DNA of 64,000 nt from a candidate division WOR-3 bacterium (GTDB lineage: Bacteria; Hydrothermota; UBA3073; NMUJ01): positions 71,533 through 135,532 of the forward strand of contig JAGGUB010000044.1 of assembly GCA_021158725.1 (NCBI GenBank). Direction: 5' to 3'. The position numbers and the translations under genes were made by a program. Position 1 is the first letter of the stretch; each line of letters starts with the position of its first letter. This document shows, piece after piece, positions 51,349-61,528 of the stretch. The notes beneath the pieces were generated by a model. The model saw only the letters and a program-made list of their open reading frames with translations. It was not told where the DNA came from and made no database searches.

Positions 51349-53355
51349 ATGTATCTCACTTACGTAAGTGTAGGGGTGGCGATATTTGTGATCCTCGTGT
51401 TGGTGTGGCGTATCGTGCGTATGCCGGCGGGTGAGTTGGAGATGGAGATATCAAATACTATAAAGAGGGGTGCACGTAGGTTTTTGATAAGTGAGTACTC
51501 ATGGGCAGCACCTGTTATATTGGTGGTGGCATGTGGGTTAGCTATAAGTGGTAAATGGACGGATGTTAACTACAAGACGGCGATCTCGTTTGTTATAGGG
51601 GCTATGTTTTCTGCGGTTTCGGGTTATGTGGCGATGATGGTGGCAACGTCATCGAATGCGAAGACGACAGAAGCTGCTAAGAAAGGGCTAACTGCTGCGT
51701 TTAGGGTATCATTTACTGGTGGGGCAACTACTGGGCTATTTATTACGGGGTTGGGGTTGTTTGGATTATCTATCGTATTTAGGGTATTTAAGGGAGATCC
51801 TGTCGCTATAAATGGATATGCGATGGGCGCATCGTTGATGGCACTATTTGCACGTGCGGGTGGCGGTATTTACACAAAGGGTGCAGATATGGCGGCAGAT
51901 CTCGTAGGTAAGGTGGAGGAAAACATACCGGAAGATGATCCACGCAATCCGGCTACTATTGCAGATAATGTGGGTGATAATGTAGGTGATATAGCGGGGT
52001 TGGGTGCGGATCTACTCGAATCATACGTTGAATCATTGATCGCTATGATAGCTATAGCGGTGAACATTGGTGTGCTCACACGTAAGTTGAATGAATTTGC
52101 ATTTTATCTGGCAGGATGTGGATTATTAGCTGCAACTGTGGGTGTGATATGGGTGAGGTTCCTATCAAAAGGTGATCCAGAAAGGGCACTTAATTCTGGT
52201 GTATATTTGAGTACTATACTTATGATCATCGGTACATATGTGATAGTGTATAGGTTAGGACTAAATATTGGTTATTTCTGGTGTGTCATAGTAGGGCTTA
52301 TGGTCGGTATAGTGATAGGGTGGGTAAGTCAGTACTTCACATCGTATAGGTATGCACCTACGAAGAGGCTTGCAGCGATTGCAAGAGATGGGCCCGGTGT
52401 TGTAGTGATTAGTGGGCTCGGACTTGGTATGTTGAGCACATTTATACCGGCAATCATTATAGGTGTAGGTATACTTATCAGCTATAAATTGGTGGGACCA
52501 TATGGGGTGGCACTCGCATCGTTTGGTATGCTTTCCACATTGGGTATCACGTTGGCAGTTGATTCCTATGGGCCGGTAGCTGATAATGCAGGCGGTATAG
52601 CGCAGATGGCACATCTACCAGCGAGTGTGAGAGATGTTACAGATAGGTTGGATGCTGTGGGTAACACTACTGCTGCTGTAGGGAAGGGGTTTGCAATTGG
52701 GTCGGCTGCATTTGCTGCGTTGGGGTTGATATCTGCGTATTTTGTGGCTATCAATAAGTTTGCGGTTACTCCCGTGAAGCTATCGTTGCTCGATCCACGG
52801 TTGATAGCGGGGCTTATATTTGGTGGGATGATGCCATACTTCTATGGAGCGCTACTCATAAAAGGGGTAGGTCGTATAGCTGCTAAGATAGTGGATGAGT
52901 CGCGACGCCAGTTTCGTGAGAACCCGGATATACTCAAGGGTAAGGCGAAACCTCAATATGAACGGGTTATCGGTATAGCTGCAGGGGGTGCACTCAGGAG
53001 TATGATGTTACCTGCTGTTTTGGCGATTGTTTTCCCTGTGACTATAGGGTTCGTATTTGGGCCAGTGGCGTTGGCGGGATTCTTAGTGGGTGCACTTATT
53101 ACAGGGTTGCAGGTGGGGGTACAGATGGCGAATTCAGGTGCTGCAATGGATAATGCTAAAAAGTATATCGAGTTGGGTAACTTCGGGGGTAAGGGATCTG
53201 ATGCACATAAGGCTTCAGTTATAGGTGATACTGTGGGGGATCCATTAAAAGATACAGTGGGACCGTCGATCAATATCTTGATAAAATTGATGGCTGTTAT
53301 ATCTTTAGTGATAGCACCTATATTGGTGAGGGCGGGGCATAGCGCAGGCTGGTAG
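51349..53355 (+). CDS. hppA: Membrane-bound proton-translocating inorganic pyrophosphatase
   Basis: GGG(I/L)YTK, DNVGDNVGD, DxxxSY and a 15-16-TM layout are present. Confidence 0.9.
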   Translation: MYLTYVSVGVAIFVILVLVWRIVRMPAGELEMEISNTIKRGARRFLISEYSWAAPVILVVACGLAISGKWTDVNYKTAISFVIGAMFSAVSGYVAMMVATSSNAKTTEAAKKGLTAAFRVSFTGGATTGLFITGLGLFGLSIVFRVFKGDPVAINGYAMGASLMALFARAGGGIYTKGADMAADLVGKVEENIPEDDPRNPATIADNVGDNVGDIAGLGADLLESYVESLIAMIAIAVNIGVLTRKLNEFAFYLAGCGLLAATVGVIWVRFLSKGDPERALNSGVYLSTILMIIGTYVIVYRLGLNIGYFWCVIVGLMVGIVIGWVSQYFTSYRYAPTKRLAAIARDGPGVVVISGLGLGMLSTFIPAIIIGVGILISYKLVGPYGVALASFGMLSTLGITLAVDSYGPVADNAGGIAQMAHLPASVRDVTDRLDAVGNTTAAVGKGFAIGSAAFAALGLISAYFVAINKFAVTPVKLSLLDPRLIAGLIFGGMMPYFYGALLIKGVGRIAAKIVDESRRQFRENPDILKGKAKPQYERVIGIAAGGALRSMMLPAVLAIVFPVTIGFVFGPVALAGFLVGALITGLQVGVQMANSGAAMDNAKKYIELGNFGGKGSDAHKASVIGDTVGDPLKDTVGPSINILIKLMAVISLVIAPILVRAGHSAGW

Positions 53356-53406
53356 CGCGCTTGGTTCGGGACCAAGAGGTCGCCGGTTCAAGTCCGGCTG
53401 CCCCGA
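53333..53406 (+). tRNA. tRNA-Pro (anticodon CGG)
   Basis: Cloverleaf features are: C1-G72 acceptor pair, U8, a GCGC D-stem, anticodon loop UUCGGGA and T-loop GGTTCAAGTCC. Its first 23 nt overlap the last codons of hppA. Confidence 0.8.
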
Positions 53407-53412
53407 TTAGAA

Positions 53413-53718
53413 ATGAAGGAAAAGGAAAAAGAAAAGGTGGTGGAGGTTTTGAAGCAGGTGATGGATCCAGAAATTGGTATCAATGTATGGGATTTGGGAC
53501 TAATCTATGGTGTAGAAGTGGATGAAGCTAACCGTGTCAATATAAAGATGACGCTCACAGTGCCGGGATGTCCGTTAGCTGCTTACATTGTGCAGACGGT
53601 AAAGCTTAAGCTACAGGAAGCGGGTTTCCATGATGTGGATGTAGAGCTTGTATGGGAGCCACGGTGGACACCGGAGAGGATGTCGGATAAGGCGAAAGAG
53701 ATGTTGGGGTGGAAATAA
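53413..53718 (+). CDS. DUF59 / MIP18-family Fe-S cluster assembly protein (SufT-like)
   Basis: 101 aa with VMDPEIGINVWDLGLIYGV and TLTVPGCPLA. Confidence 0.7.
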   Translation: MKEKEKEKVVEVLKQVMDPEIGINVWDLGLIYGVEVDEANRVNIKMTLTVPGCPLAAYIVQTVKLKLQEAGFHDVDVELVWEPRWTPERMSDKAKEMLGWK

Positions 53719-55539
53719 TCACTCCACGGTTACGCTTTTGGCCAAATTTCTGGGTTTATCGACATCAAGGCCACGCATGACAGCTATGTGATACGCGAGC
53801 AATTGTAACGGTAAGGCTACAAGTAAGGGTGTGAGTGATTCATCGATCTCGGGGATGTAGAAGATATCGTCAACCAGTGATGCCATTTTGGTGTCACCCT
53901 CAGTAGCTATACCTATGACTTTACCTTTGCGGGATTTTACCTCTTCGATGTTGGCGCACATCTTATCGTAAACGCGAGTGTAGGGGTTTATAACAACTAC
54001 GGGCATATTTTCGTCTACTAAGGCAAGTGGACCGTGCTTCATCTCACCTGCAGGGTAGCCGATTGCGTGGATGTAGGAGATTTCCTTCAATTTGAGTGCA
54101 CCTTCGAGTGCAGATGGGTAGTTGATCCAGCGGCCAAGGAACATGAAGTTGTTGTACTTCATATATTTAGTAGCTATGTTGACGATGTCGGTTGAGTGAT
54201 CCAATATGCGGGCCATTTTGGATGGAACAGTTTCGAGCGACTCAAGTATGTGGTGGGTGGCGGGTTTGTCGAATCCTCTCAGATCCTTCAGATAAAGTGC
54301 AAATAGATATAGGAGGAGCAGTTGTGCGGTGTAAGCTTTTGTGGAAGCTACACCTATTTCAGGGCCCGCATTTATGTATAGGACGTGGGTGGATTCACGA
54401 GCAATCGAGCTTTCGGGTACGTTTACGAGGCTCAACACAGGTAGGTGGGCGAGTTTTGCTTCCCTGATACCTGCAAGCGTGTCGGCGGTTTCACCAGATT
54501 GACTTATTGCCATCACCATCGTGTCTTCGTCCATCACCTGTGCTCTGTACCTGAATTCAGATGCTATCTCTACATCTGTGTAGATGCGTGCCCATTCCTC
54601 CAGTATGTATTTGCCTACGTAACCTGCATGCCAGGAGGTGCCACACGCCTGTATGATGATACGATGGATGTTGTGAAGATAGGGTGGTGTATCATCGAAC
54701 AGCTTTATGGTACGATTTTGTATGAACTTGCGTATGTTACGCTCTACGATACGGGGTTGTTCGTGTATCTCTTTTAGCATGAAGAATGGGTAACCTTCCT
54801 TTTCGGCTTCCCAAAGTTCGCCATCTACCAAGAAGATTTGGCGTTCTACCTTGCCATGACGTAGGTTCTCGATCTCTATGGAGTTGGCGGTGAGGATTGC
54901 GAGGTCATCGTCTTCGAGGTAGGAGACTTTGCGTGTAATACCTACTATTGCTTGGATGTCGGAAGCTAAGATGTTTTCGGTTTCACCCCAACCTACAACT
55001 AATGGGCTACCTTTACGTACGGCGAATATCTTGTCAGGTTGGTGTAGGGAGATGATCGCTATCGCAAATGAACCTTCCAGCAACTCCACAGTGTGTTTGA
55101 TAGCAGATAGGAAGTTGTGTGTTTTGAGAAAGTGTTCCTCGATGAGGTGTGGGATGATCTCTGTATCGGTGGAGGATCGCAATATATGGCCTGCTTTACG
55201 TAGCTTGTTACGTAGTGATATGTAGTTCTCGATAATACCGTTATGGACGACGGCTATCTTGCCATCACAATCTATTTGGGGGTGAGCGTTTTCGGGTGAT
55301 ACCTCACCATGTGTAGCCCAGCGGGTGTGACCGATACCTACGTTACCTTTTAAGGGGTCTTGGTCGAGCAACTGTGCGAGCTTATGTAGTTTACCGACTA
55401 CCTTACGTAGGTGTATTTCGTCACCATATATAGAAGCGACACCGGCAGAATCGTAGCCACGGTATTCGAGCTTCCATAGGCCAGATAATAGCACACTACT
55501 TATGTCACGTGGCCCTACATAGCCTATTATGCCGCACAT
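53719..55539 (-). CDS. glmS: Glutamine--fructose-6-phosphate aminotransferase (isomerising)
   Basis: It has the MCGIIGY N-terminal nucleophile, two SIS domains and the C-terminal motif KSVTVE. Confidence 0.95.
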   Translation of the reverse strand: MCGIIGYVGPRDISSVLLSGLWKLEYRGYDSAGVASIYGDEIHLRKVVGKLHKLAQLLDQDPLKGNVGIGHTRWATHGEVSPENAHPQIDCDGKIAVVHNGIIENYISLRNKLRKAGHILRSSTDTEIIPHLIEEHFLKTHNFLSAIKHTVELLEGSFAIAIISLHQPDKIFAVRKGSPLVVGWGETENILASDIQAIVGITRKVSYLEDDDLAILTANSIEIENLRHGKVERQIFLVDGELWEAEKEGYPFFMLKEIHEQPRIVERNIRKFIQNRTIKLFDDTPPYLHNIHRIIIQACGTSWHAGYVGKYILEEWARIYTDVEIASEFRYRAQVMDEDTMVMAISQSGETADTLAGIREAKLAHLPVLSLVNVPESSIARESTHVLYINAGPEIGVASTKAYTAQLLLLYLFALYLKDLRGFDKPATHHILESLETVPSKMARILDHSTDIVNIATKYMKYNNFMFLGRWINYPSALEGALKLKEISYIHAIGYPAGEMKHGPLALVDENMPVVVINPYTRVYDKMCANIEEVKSRKGKVIGIATEGDTKMASLVDDIFYIPEIDESLTPLLVALPLQLLAYHIAVMRGLDVDKPRNLAKSVTVE

Positions 55540-56852
55540 TGTGTTAGTATGATGTCTTTGATATCCTGTAAGATGCGTGAGGTGGTGTGATCATCGGGTG
55601 TCTCAACCACAATGCGAACGATAGGTTCAGTATTTGATGGCCGTACATGTACCATTATTTTATCACGACGTAACCATAGGCCATCATCTTCACGTATGGT
55701 GTCGGGATTCAAGTATGCGATAAGTTTGGCCTTGGGTATAGTGGTGGATATTGGTAGCTTGTCCTTGATCATAGAATAATGAGGGAATCGGGTGAGTATT
55801 TCGGATAGTTTGCAACCTTCGTGTGCAAGTAACTCGAGTATCCTTGCGGTACCGATGAGCGCATCCCTTGTATAATGGAGTTGAGGGTCGATGATACCGC
55901 CATTGCCTTCACCACCAAGGATCGCGTGGGTTTCTAACATCTTGGCTACTACATGGGCTTCACCTACGGGGGTGCGAATGATGGGTGATGCAATGTGTTC
56001 GATCATCTGTGAAGTGGATAGATTTGTGACTATGGGGCCATGACGAGACTTACAGAGATGGTATGCAACCAACGGTAGTGTATATTCTTCACCTATGGGT
56101 ACACCGTGGTCGGTGACTATGGAGAGACGATCGCCGTCTGCGTCGCTGGTGATACCAAGGTCAGCTTTGTGGTTAAGTACGGCTTGGGAGAGGTCAGTTA
56201 AATGTTGGGGGATGGGTTCAGGTAAGCGGGTGAAGCCACGACCGGGTTCACAGTTGATACATATATGGTCCACATTGAGTGCATCTAACAGCTTTGTGGC
56301 AGCTAACCCGAAGGAGCTGTTGAGCCCATCAACTACAACTTTGAAATGTCCACTACTTATTGATTTGGTGTCAACGAGCTCCAGTATGCGGTGGATGTGT
56401 CGCTCTATCATATGGTGATCGTAAGATATGGTGCCAAACTTGTCCCAAGATGCGATATGGTATCTATTTTGGTGATAAATTTGGTTGAGTTGTTGCACTT
56501 CTCGGGGTAATAAGAATCGACCATCGGGGTGAAGGAATTTGATACCGTTCCAGACTTCAGGGTTGTGGCTCGCAGTTATCATTATTCCGCCGGCGACATT
56601 GAGTTTGTGTGTGTTATAAATAAGTGTGGGTGTAGGTACTATACCGCCTATACGTACGTTGCTACCCGTAAGTAGTATGCCGCTTATTAGTGCATGTTCG
56701 AGTAAGTGGCTTGAACGGCGGCCGTCACGACCTATGAGTATGTCGCCACGAAAGTATGTGCCGATGGATTTGCCAAGTTGTACCATGATATCGGGTGTGA
56801 GCTCATCCGGTACGCGGCCACGTACACCGGAGATGCTAAAGATTATTGCCAT
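55527..56852 (-). CDS. glmM: Phosphoglucosamine mutase
   Basis: Phosphoserine loop (TASHNP), GVRG and DGDRL motifs are present. It sits immediately upstream of glmS and overlaps it. Confidence 0.85.
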   Translation of the reverse strand: MAIIFSISGVRGRVPDELTPDIMVQLGKSIGTYFRGDILIGRDGRRSSHLLEHALISGILLTGSNVRIGGIVPTPTLIYNTHKLNVAGGIMITASHNPEVWNGIKFLHPDGRFLLPREVQQLNQIYHQNRYHIASWDKFGTISYDHHMIERHIHRILELVDTKSISSGHFKVVVDGLNSSFGLAATKLLDALNVDHICINCEPGRGFTRLPEPIPQHLTDLSQAVLNHKADLGITSDADGDRLSIVTDHGVPIGEEYTLPLVAYHLCKSRHGPIVTNLSTSQMIEHIASPIIRTPVGEAHVVAKMLETHAILGGEGNGGIIDPQLHYTRDALIGTARILELLAHEGCKLSEILTRFPHYSMIKDKLPISTTIPKAKLIAYLNPDTIREDDGLWLRRDKIMVHVRPSNTEPIVRIVVETPDDHTTSRILQDIKDIILTQCAA

Positions 56853-57442
56853 CGATCGAATTTAACCTTATCGGTTACGGAATATTTGGGTACAAATAGT
56901 TGGCCATCACGTCGATAGGGGTGATAGTCTTCACCAGCGGGTACCAGTTTGGGGGACTCGTTCGGATAGCCTAATGCGATTATCGAAAATAGATCCAACT
57001 CTTTGGGTATGCCGAAATGGTGTATCAATAGATCTTTATTCGTGATGCTGCCAATCCATACGGCGCCAAGACTTTCGGCATGTGCTGCTAACAATATGTA
57101 AGTACATAAAGCGGCACAACTGGCGATACCGGGCCAATCCGGGCAACGGGCCTTCTCCCATAACACCAATAAGTAAGCGGAGGGCGCTTCATTATAGGGG
57201 GGTTTGCCAGCTAACCAAAGCGTATTCTCATAAATTAGTCGACATGAGCCTGTATCCTGTACAACAATAATGTACCAGGGTTGGGTGTTGCCTGCAGATG
57301 GTGCATATAGGGCGGTCTCTACAATACGATGTAGTTTATCTGAGGGTATTGGTCGATGCTCGAACCTACGTATTGAACGACGTTCGATTAGAAATTGGTG
57401 CATTTCAAAGTTGGCCATTAGAAGCAAGAAGAATAGCAGCAT
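56843..57442 (-). CDS. Nitroreductase-family FMN oxidoreductase
   Basis: RRSIRRF and PSAGNTQPW motifs are present. Confidence 0.75.
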   Translation of the reverse strand: MLLFFLLLMANFEMHQFLIERRSIRRFEHRPIPSDKLHRIVETALYAPSAGNTQPWYIIVVQDTGSCRLIYENTLWLAGKPPYNEAPSAYLLVLWEKARCPDWPGIASCAALCTYILLAAHAESLGAVWIGSITNKDLLIHHFGIPKELDLFSIIALGYPNESPKLVPAGEDYHPYRRDGQLFVPKYSVTDKVKFDRWQ

Positions 57443-57525
57443 CCCATTAGGGTTTAAAAATTAAAACAATGGTGGATATTGTCAATGGATAGTTTACTTT
57501 GCCAGTATTTGCTTATATTGAAGTG

Positions 57526-58365
57526 ATGAGGGTGATTGTTGCACCGTATGCGGGGTTCTGCTTTGGGGTAGAACGTGCACTCAAAATAGTGGAGAATGTG
57601 GTGCAACGTGCGAAACTACCTGTATACACGTGGGGACCTTTGATACACAATAAGATTGTGGTGGAGAAGCTGCAGAGTGAATATGGGGTCATACCTATAA
57701 GGGAGTTCGAGCATCCTCCTGGATACCTTATTCTGCGTACACATGGGGTGCCACCTGAGGTGGTAGATGAAGCTAAACGTAAAAGGTTCATCGTGGTGGA
57801 TGCTACTTGCCCGTTTGTGGCTAAAGTGCATCGATATGTGAAGCTATTGATGGATGAAGGGTATGCGGTTGTAATAGCGGGTGATAAGCTACATCCGGAG
57901 GTACGTGCTACACTCGGTTATGTGGGGGGTGGTGCATATGTGGTGGATGATCGTGAGGCTACATCACGCATACCGGTATGCAAGAAGATAGGGGTGGTGG
58001 CACAGACGACGATGCGGCTGGATATCTATAAAGAGATAATCAGTGTGCTTGTTACGAAATGCGAGGAGTTAAAGATATTTAATACTATCTGTGATGCCAC
58101 AATACGGCGACAGGAGGCAGGTATAAAAGTGGCCAACAATGTAGACGTTATGTTGGTGGTAGGTGATCGTCAAAGTGCGAATACGAGACAGTTGACCGAT
58201 ATGATAAAGCGGGCAAATCCGCGTACCTATCATGTTGAAGGACCGGAAGAGGTTAATCCATCGTGGTTTAACGATGCGGAGTGTGTGGGGGTGACTGGGG
58301 GAGCATCTACACCAAGCTGGCTTATTGACAAAGTGGTTGATAAGGTTAAATCTTTTAGACAATGA
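57526..58365 (+). CDS. ispH: 4-hydroxy-3-methylbut-2-enyl diphosphate reductase
   Basis: GFCFGVERA and three conserved Cys are present. I placed the start at ATG 57526; the track's TTG 57499 adds a 9-aa extension. Confidence 0.9.
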   Translation: MRVIVAPYAGFCFGVERALKIVENVVQRAKLPVYTWGPLIHNKIVVEKLQSEYGVIPIREFEHPPGYLILRTHGVPPEVVDEAKRKRFIVVDATCPFVAKVHRYVKLLMDEGYAVVIAGDKLHPEVRATLGYVGGGAYVVDDREATSRIPVCKKIGVVAQTTMRLDIYKEIISVLVTKCEELKIFNTICDATIRRQEAGIKVANNVDVMLVVGDRQSANTRQLTDMIKRANPRTYHVEGPEEVNPSWFNDAECVGVTGGASTPSWLIDKVVDKVKSFRQ

Positions 58366-58384
58366 CAAAAAGGAGGTAAATGTA

Positions 58385-60079
58385 ATGGTAGAGGATGGTG
58401 TTTTGATGGAGTTGATTGAGGATAAGTTTTATGAACCCAAAACGGGTGAGGTGGTCTCGGGGAAGGTTGTACACATAGGTAAACGTGATGTGATCGTCGA
58501 TATAGGGGCGAAGAGCCAGGGAGCGATACCCATTACGGAGTTCAAGAAGGACGAGAAGGTAGAGGTGGGGCAGGAGATATTGGTGTATATCGAGGCGCTC
58601 GAAACCGAAGAGGGGTACATAAAGGTGTCAAAACTGAAGGCGGAACAGCTTGAGGCATGGCGTAAGCTGCGTGAAGCATTTGAGAATGATGGTGTAGTTG
58701 AGGGTGAAGTGAAGAAAGTGGTGAAGGGTGGATTTATGGTCGATATAATGTCGGTATGGGGGTTCCTTCCTATGAGTCATGTTGGACAGCAGCTCGATCG
58801 GCCAGAGAAGTTGTTGGGTACGACACTGAAGTTCAAGATATTGCGGTGCAATGAGCAGCGACGTAATTTGGTGGTCTCACATAGGGAGTATCTTGAAGAG
58901 GAAGAACGGCGACGTCGTGAAGAGATAGTGCGTAGGTTTCAGATAGGTGCGGTGAAGGAAGGTGTGGTCAAAAGTATTGTACATACGGGTGCAATAATAC
59001 AGATAGAGGATATAGAGGCGTTTATGCATATCGGGGATATGTCATGGACAAGGATATCACATCCGTCGGAGGTGCTTAAGCTTGATGATAAAGTTAAGGT
59101 GAAGATACTGGAGGTTGACCCTGATACGGGTAAGGTGTTTGTGGGGATGAAGCAGTTGATGCCTCACCCATGGGAGAATATTGAGAAAAAGTATCCAGTA
59201 GGTTCGGTGGTTAAGGGGAAGGTGGTGGCTATCGTCAACTATGGTGCATTCATAGAGCTGGATAAGGGTATAGAGGGGTTACTACATATATCGGAACTAT
59301 CGTGGACACGTAGGATAAAGCATCCATCGGAGGTGTTGTCGGTTGGCGATATTGTTGAGGTTAAGGTGCTGGAGATTAATAAAGAGGAGCAAAAGATATC
59401 GCTCAGCTTGAAGCAGCTTATGCCGGATCCATGGGAAGCGATAGAGACTAAACATCCCATAGGGTCGATTGTTGTGGGTAGGGTGGAACTTATACTGCCA
59501 TATGGGGTGGTGGTGGCGTTGCCGGATGAGCTTGAAGGGTTCATACACATAAGTGATATATCGTGGACACAAAAGATAGAACATCCATCAGAGGTATTCC
59601 GTAAGGGACAAAAAGTTAAGGCACGTGTGTTGGGGTATGATCGTGAGATGCGGCGAATAATATTGGGGTATAAACAATTGACAGAAGATCCGTTGGTGAT
59701 ATTTCAACGACATCATCCAGTTGGATCAATAGTTAGGGCTAAGGTTGTGGCTCTATTGGAAAAGGGTATACTTGTGGATGTAGGGGGTGGGTTGAAGGGG
59801 TTCATACCGATGGAGTTGCTGATGGAAACGGATCCTAAGAGATGGCCAGATACATACAGGGTGGGTAAGACAATACAGGTGGGGGTTAAGGATATAAATC
59901 CGAGCCGCCGTAGGCTTATACTATCGGAGAGGATGTATGAGGAATGGCTTGAACGACAGCTTATACATAGGTATCGTAGGGTGAAAAGCCCGGTGAGGGA
60001 GAAGGAGGAACGAAGGATTGAGTTACCTGAGGAGCTGGATAAGCTGATTGACGAATCAGAGGAAAATAAAGAGAAGTAA
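58385..60079 (+). CDS. rpsA: 30S ribosomal protein S1
   Basis: Six tandem S1 domains are present. AGGAGG lies 8 nt upstream of ATG 58385. The track's 58325 start reads through the ispH 3' end. Confidence 0.9.
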   Translation: MVEDGVLMELIEDKFYEPKTGEVVSGKVVHIGKRDVIVDIGAKSQGAIPITEFKKDEKVEVGQEILVYIEALETEEGYIKVSKLKAEQLEAWRKLREAFENDGVVEGEVKKVVKGGFMVDIMSVWGFLPMSHVGQQLDRPEKLLGTTLKFKILRCNEQRRNLVVSHREYLEEEERRRREEIVRRFQIGAVKEGVVKSIVHTGAIIQIEDIEAFMHIGDMSWTRISHPSEVLKLDDKVKVKILEVDPDTGKVFVGMKQLMPHPWENIEKKYPVGSVVKGKVVAIVNYGAFIELDKGIEGLLHISELSWTRRIKHPSEVLSVGDIVEVKVLEINKEEQKISLSLKQLMPDPWEAIETKHPIGSIVVGRVELILPYGVVVALPDELEGFIHISDISWTQKIEHPSEVFRKGQKVKARVLGYDREMRRIILGYKQLTEDPLVIFQRHHPVGSIVRAKVVALLEKGILVDVGGGLKGFIPMELLMETDPKRWPDTYRVGKTIQVGVKDINPSRRRLILSERMYEEWLERQLIHRYRRVKSPVREKEERRIELPEELDKLIDESEENKEK

Positions 60080-60081
60080 GG

Positions 60082-61038
60082 GTGAGAGCTTCGGTGATAA
60101 TCCCTACTTACAATAGGGCGAAAATATTGATTAAGTGTGTGGATGCATTGATGGAGCAAACTTTTGACGACTATGAGGTTATAGTGGTGGATGATGCATC
60201 AACTGATGATACAGAGGAACAAATAAGAAGGTACCCTGTCCGATATGTGAGGTTGGAGGAGAGGAGTGGGCCTGCACATGCACGTAATGTGGGGATCGAA
60301 TTGGCTGAAGGGGAGCTGATAATTTTTGTCGATAGTGATGTGATAGTGGCACCTGAATTTGTGCAGGATCATGTGGAGATACACGAAGAGAGGGGTGATA
60401 TCATTTTACAAGGTATGGTATATCATGTGCGTGAGCTACCGAGGAGGCCCAGTTTCAGATACTTGATACCGAATGGTATATGTTGGCATGTATTTATTAC
60501 ACAGAATGCATCGGTTAAAAAGAGGTGGCTGTTGGAGGTGGGTGGGTTTGATGAACAGTTGGGTGCATTTATGGGGTACCATGATCTGGATTTGGGGTTG
60601 CGGTTGCAGGAGTTGGGGTTACCGATGGTACATGCGTTTCGTAGGTGTAGGGCATATCATGTGGATGGCCCGCCGATGGAGTTGGACGAGTTTATACGTA
60701 AATCGTACGAACGCGGTAAAACTGCATATGCGTTTGTGAGACGGTTCGGTAGGCGTGGTGAACGTATCGCACATACACGTAAGGCGCTCATTATATCACA
60801 TGTGTTAAAAACAGAACGGTGGGTCGAAGGTAGAGGGGTACGTAGGGTGATGGCGGAGTTTGCATGTGTATCACCAATATACCAGTTGTTGAAAGGTATC
60901 ATACGGTATCATTATAGGGCTAAGGGGATATTAGAGGCTATGGACTTGTGGGGTGGACAAAATACGTTAAATTTATTGGCAATAAGGGGGAAGTATGAAA
61001 GTGGCAGTGGGAGCGGATCATCGTGGGTTCGAAATTAA
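60082..61038 (+). CDS. Family-2 glycosyltransferase
   Basis: SVIIPTYN, DD/DxD (VVDDASTDDT, DSD) and a GT-A fold are present. GTG start. Confidence 0.8.
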   Translation: MRASVIIPTYNRAKILIKCVDALMEQTFDDYEVIVVDDASTDDTEEQIRRYPVRYVRLEERSGPAHARNVGIELAEGELIIFVDSDVIVAPEFVQDHVEIHEERGDIILQGMVYHVRELPRRPSFRYLIPNGICWHVFITQNASVKKRWLLEVGGFDEQLGAFMGYHDLDLGLRLQELGLPMVHAFRRCRAYHVDGPPMELDEFIRKSYERGKTAYAFVRRFGRRGERIAHTRKALIISHVLKTERWVEGRGVRRVMAEFACVSPIYQLLKGIIRYHYRAKGILEAMDLWGGQNTLNLLAIRGKYESGSGSGSSWVRN

Positions 61039-61528
61039 AAATAGGATAAAAGAGTATCTTATGGGAAAAGGTATAGAAGTTGTGGATTTTGGTACTGATA
61101 CGAGGGAGAGATGTGATTACCCGGATTATGGGATACCGGTGGCAGAGGCGGTTGCTAAAGGGGAGGTGGATTTGGGTATACTTTGCTGTGGTACGGGGGT
61201 GGGTATGAGTATTGTTGCGAACAAAGTTAAAGGTATACGAGCGGGGGTGGTGTGGAATGAGGAGTTGGCGGAACTTGCACGTAAGCATAACGATGTGAAT
61301 GTGTTGGTGATACCAACAGATTATGTTGAACCAGAAGCTGTAACTAAGATGGTGGATAAATGGATGGAGACGGAGCCATTGGGTGATGTGTATGCGAGAC
61401 GTAGAGAGAAGATACATCAATATGAAGATAAATGGGTGAGTAAGGATGAGCTTGAGCAAGCACTTAAGTTGGCCAAAAAGTGGGAAAAGGAAGCACGTCA
61501 CTGGCAAGCGATAGCATGGAGAAGGTGA
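60995..61528 (+). CDS. rpiB: Ribose-5-phosphate isomerase B (RpiB/LacAB family)
   Basis: VAVGADHRG and CCGTGVGMS are present. 44-nt overlap with the GT2 gene. RBS AGGGGGAAG. Confidence 0.85.
   Translation: MKVAVGADHRGFEIKNRIKEYLMGKGIEVVDFGTDTRERCDYPDYGIPVAEAVAKGEVDLGILCCGTGVGMSIVANKVKGIRAGVVWNEELAELARKHNDVNVLVIPTDYVEPEAVTKMVDKWMETEPLGDVYARRREKIHQYEDKWVSKDELEQALKLAKKWEKEARHWQAIAWRR

Noticed and set aside
55527-55560. Possible glmS ribozyme/riboswitch
   Set aside because: glmS has no 5' UTR here: glmM overlaps its start by 13 nt, so no ribozyme can be present.
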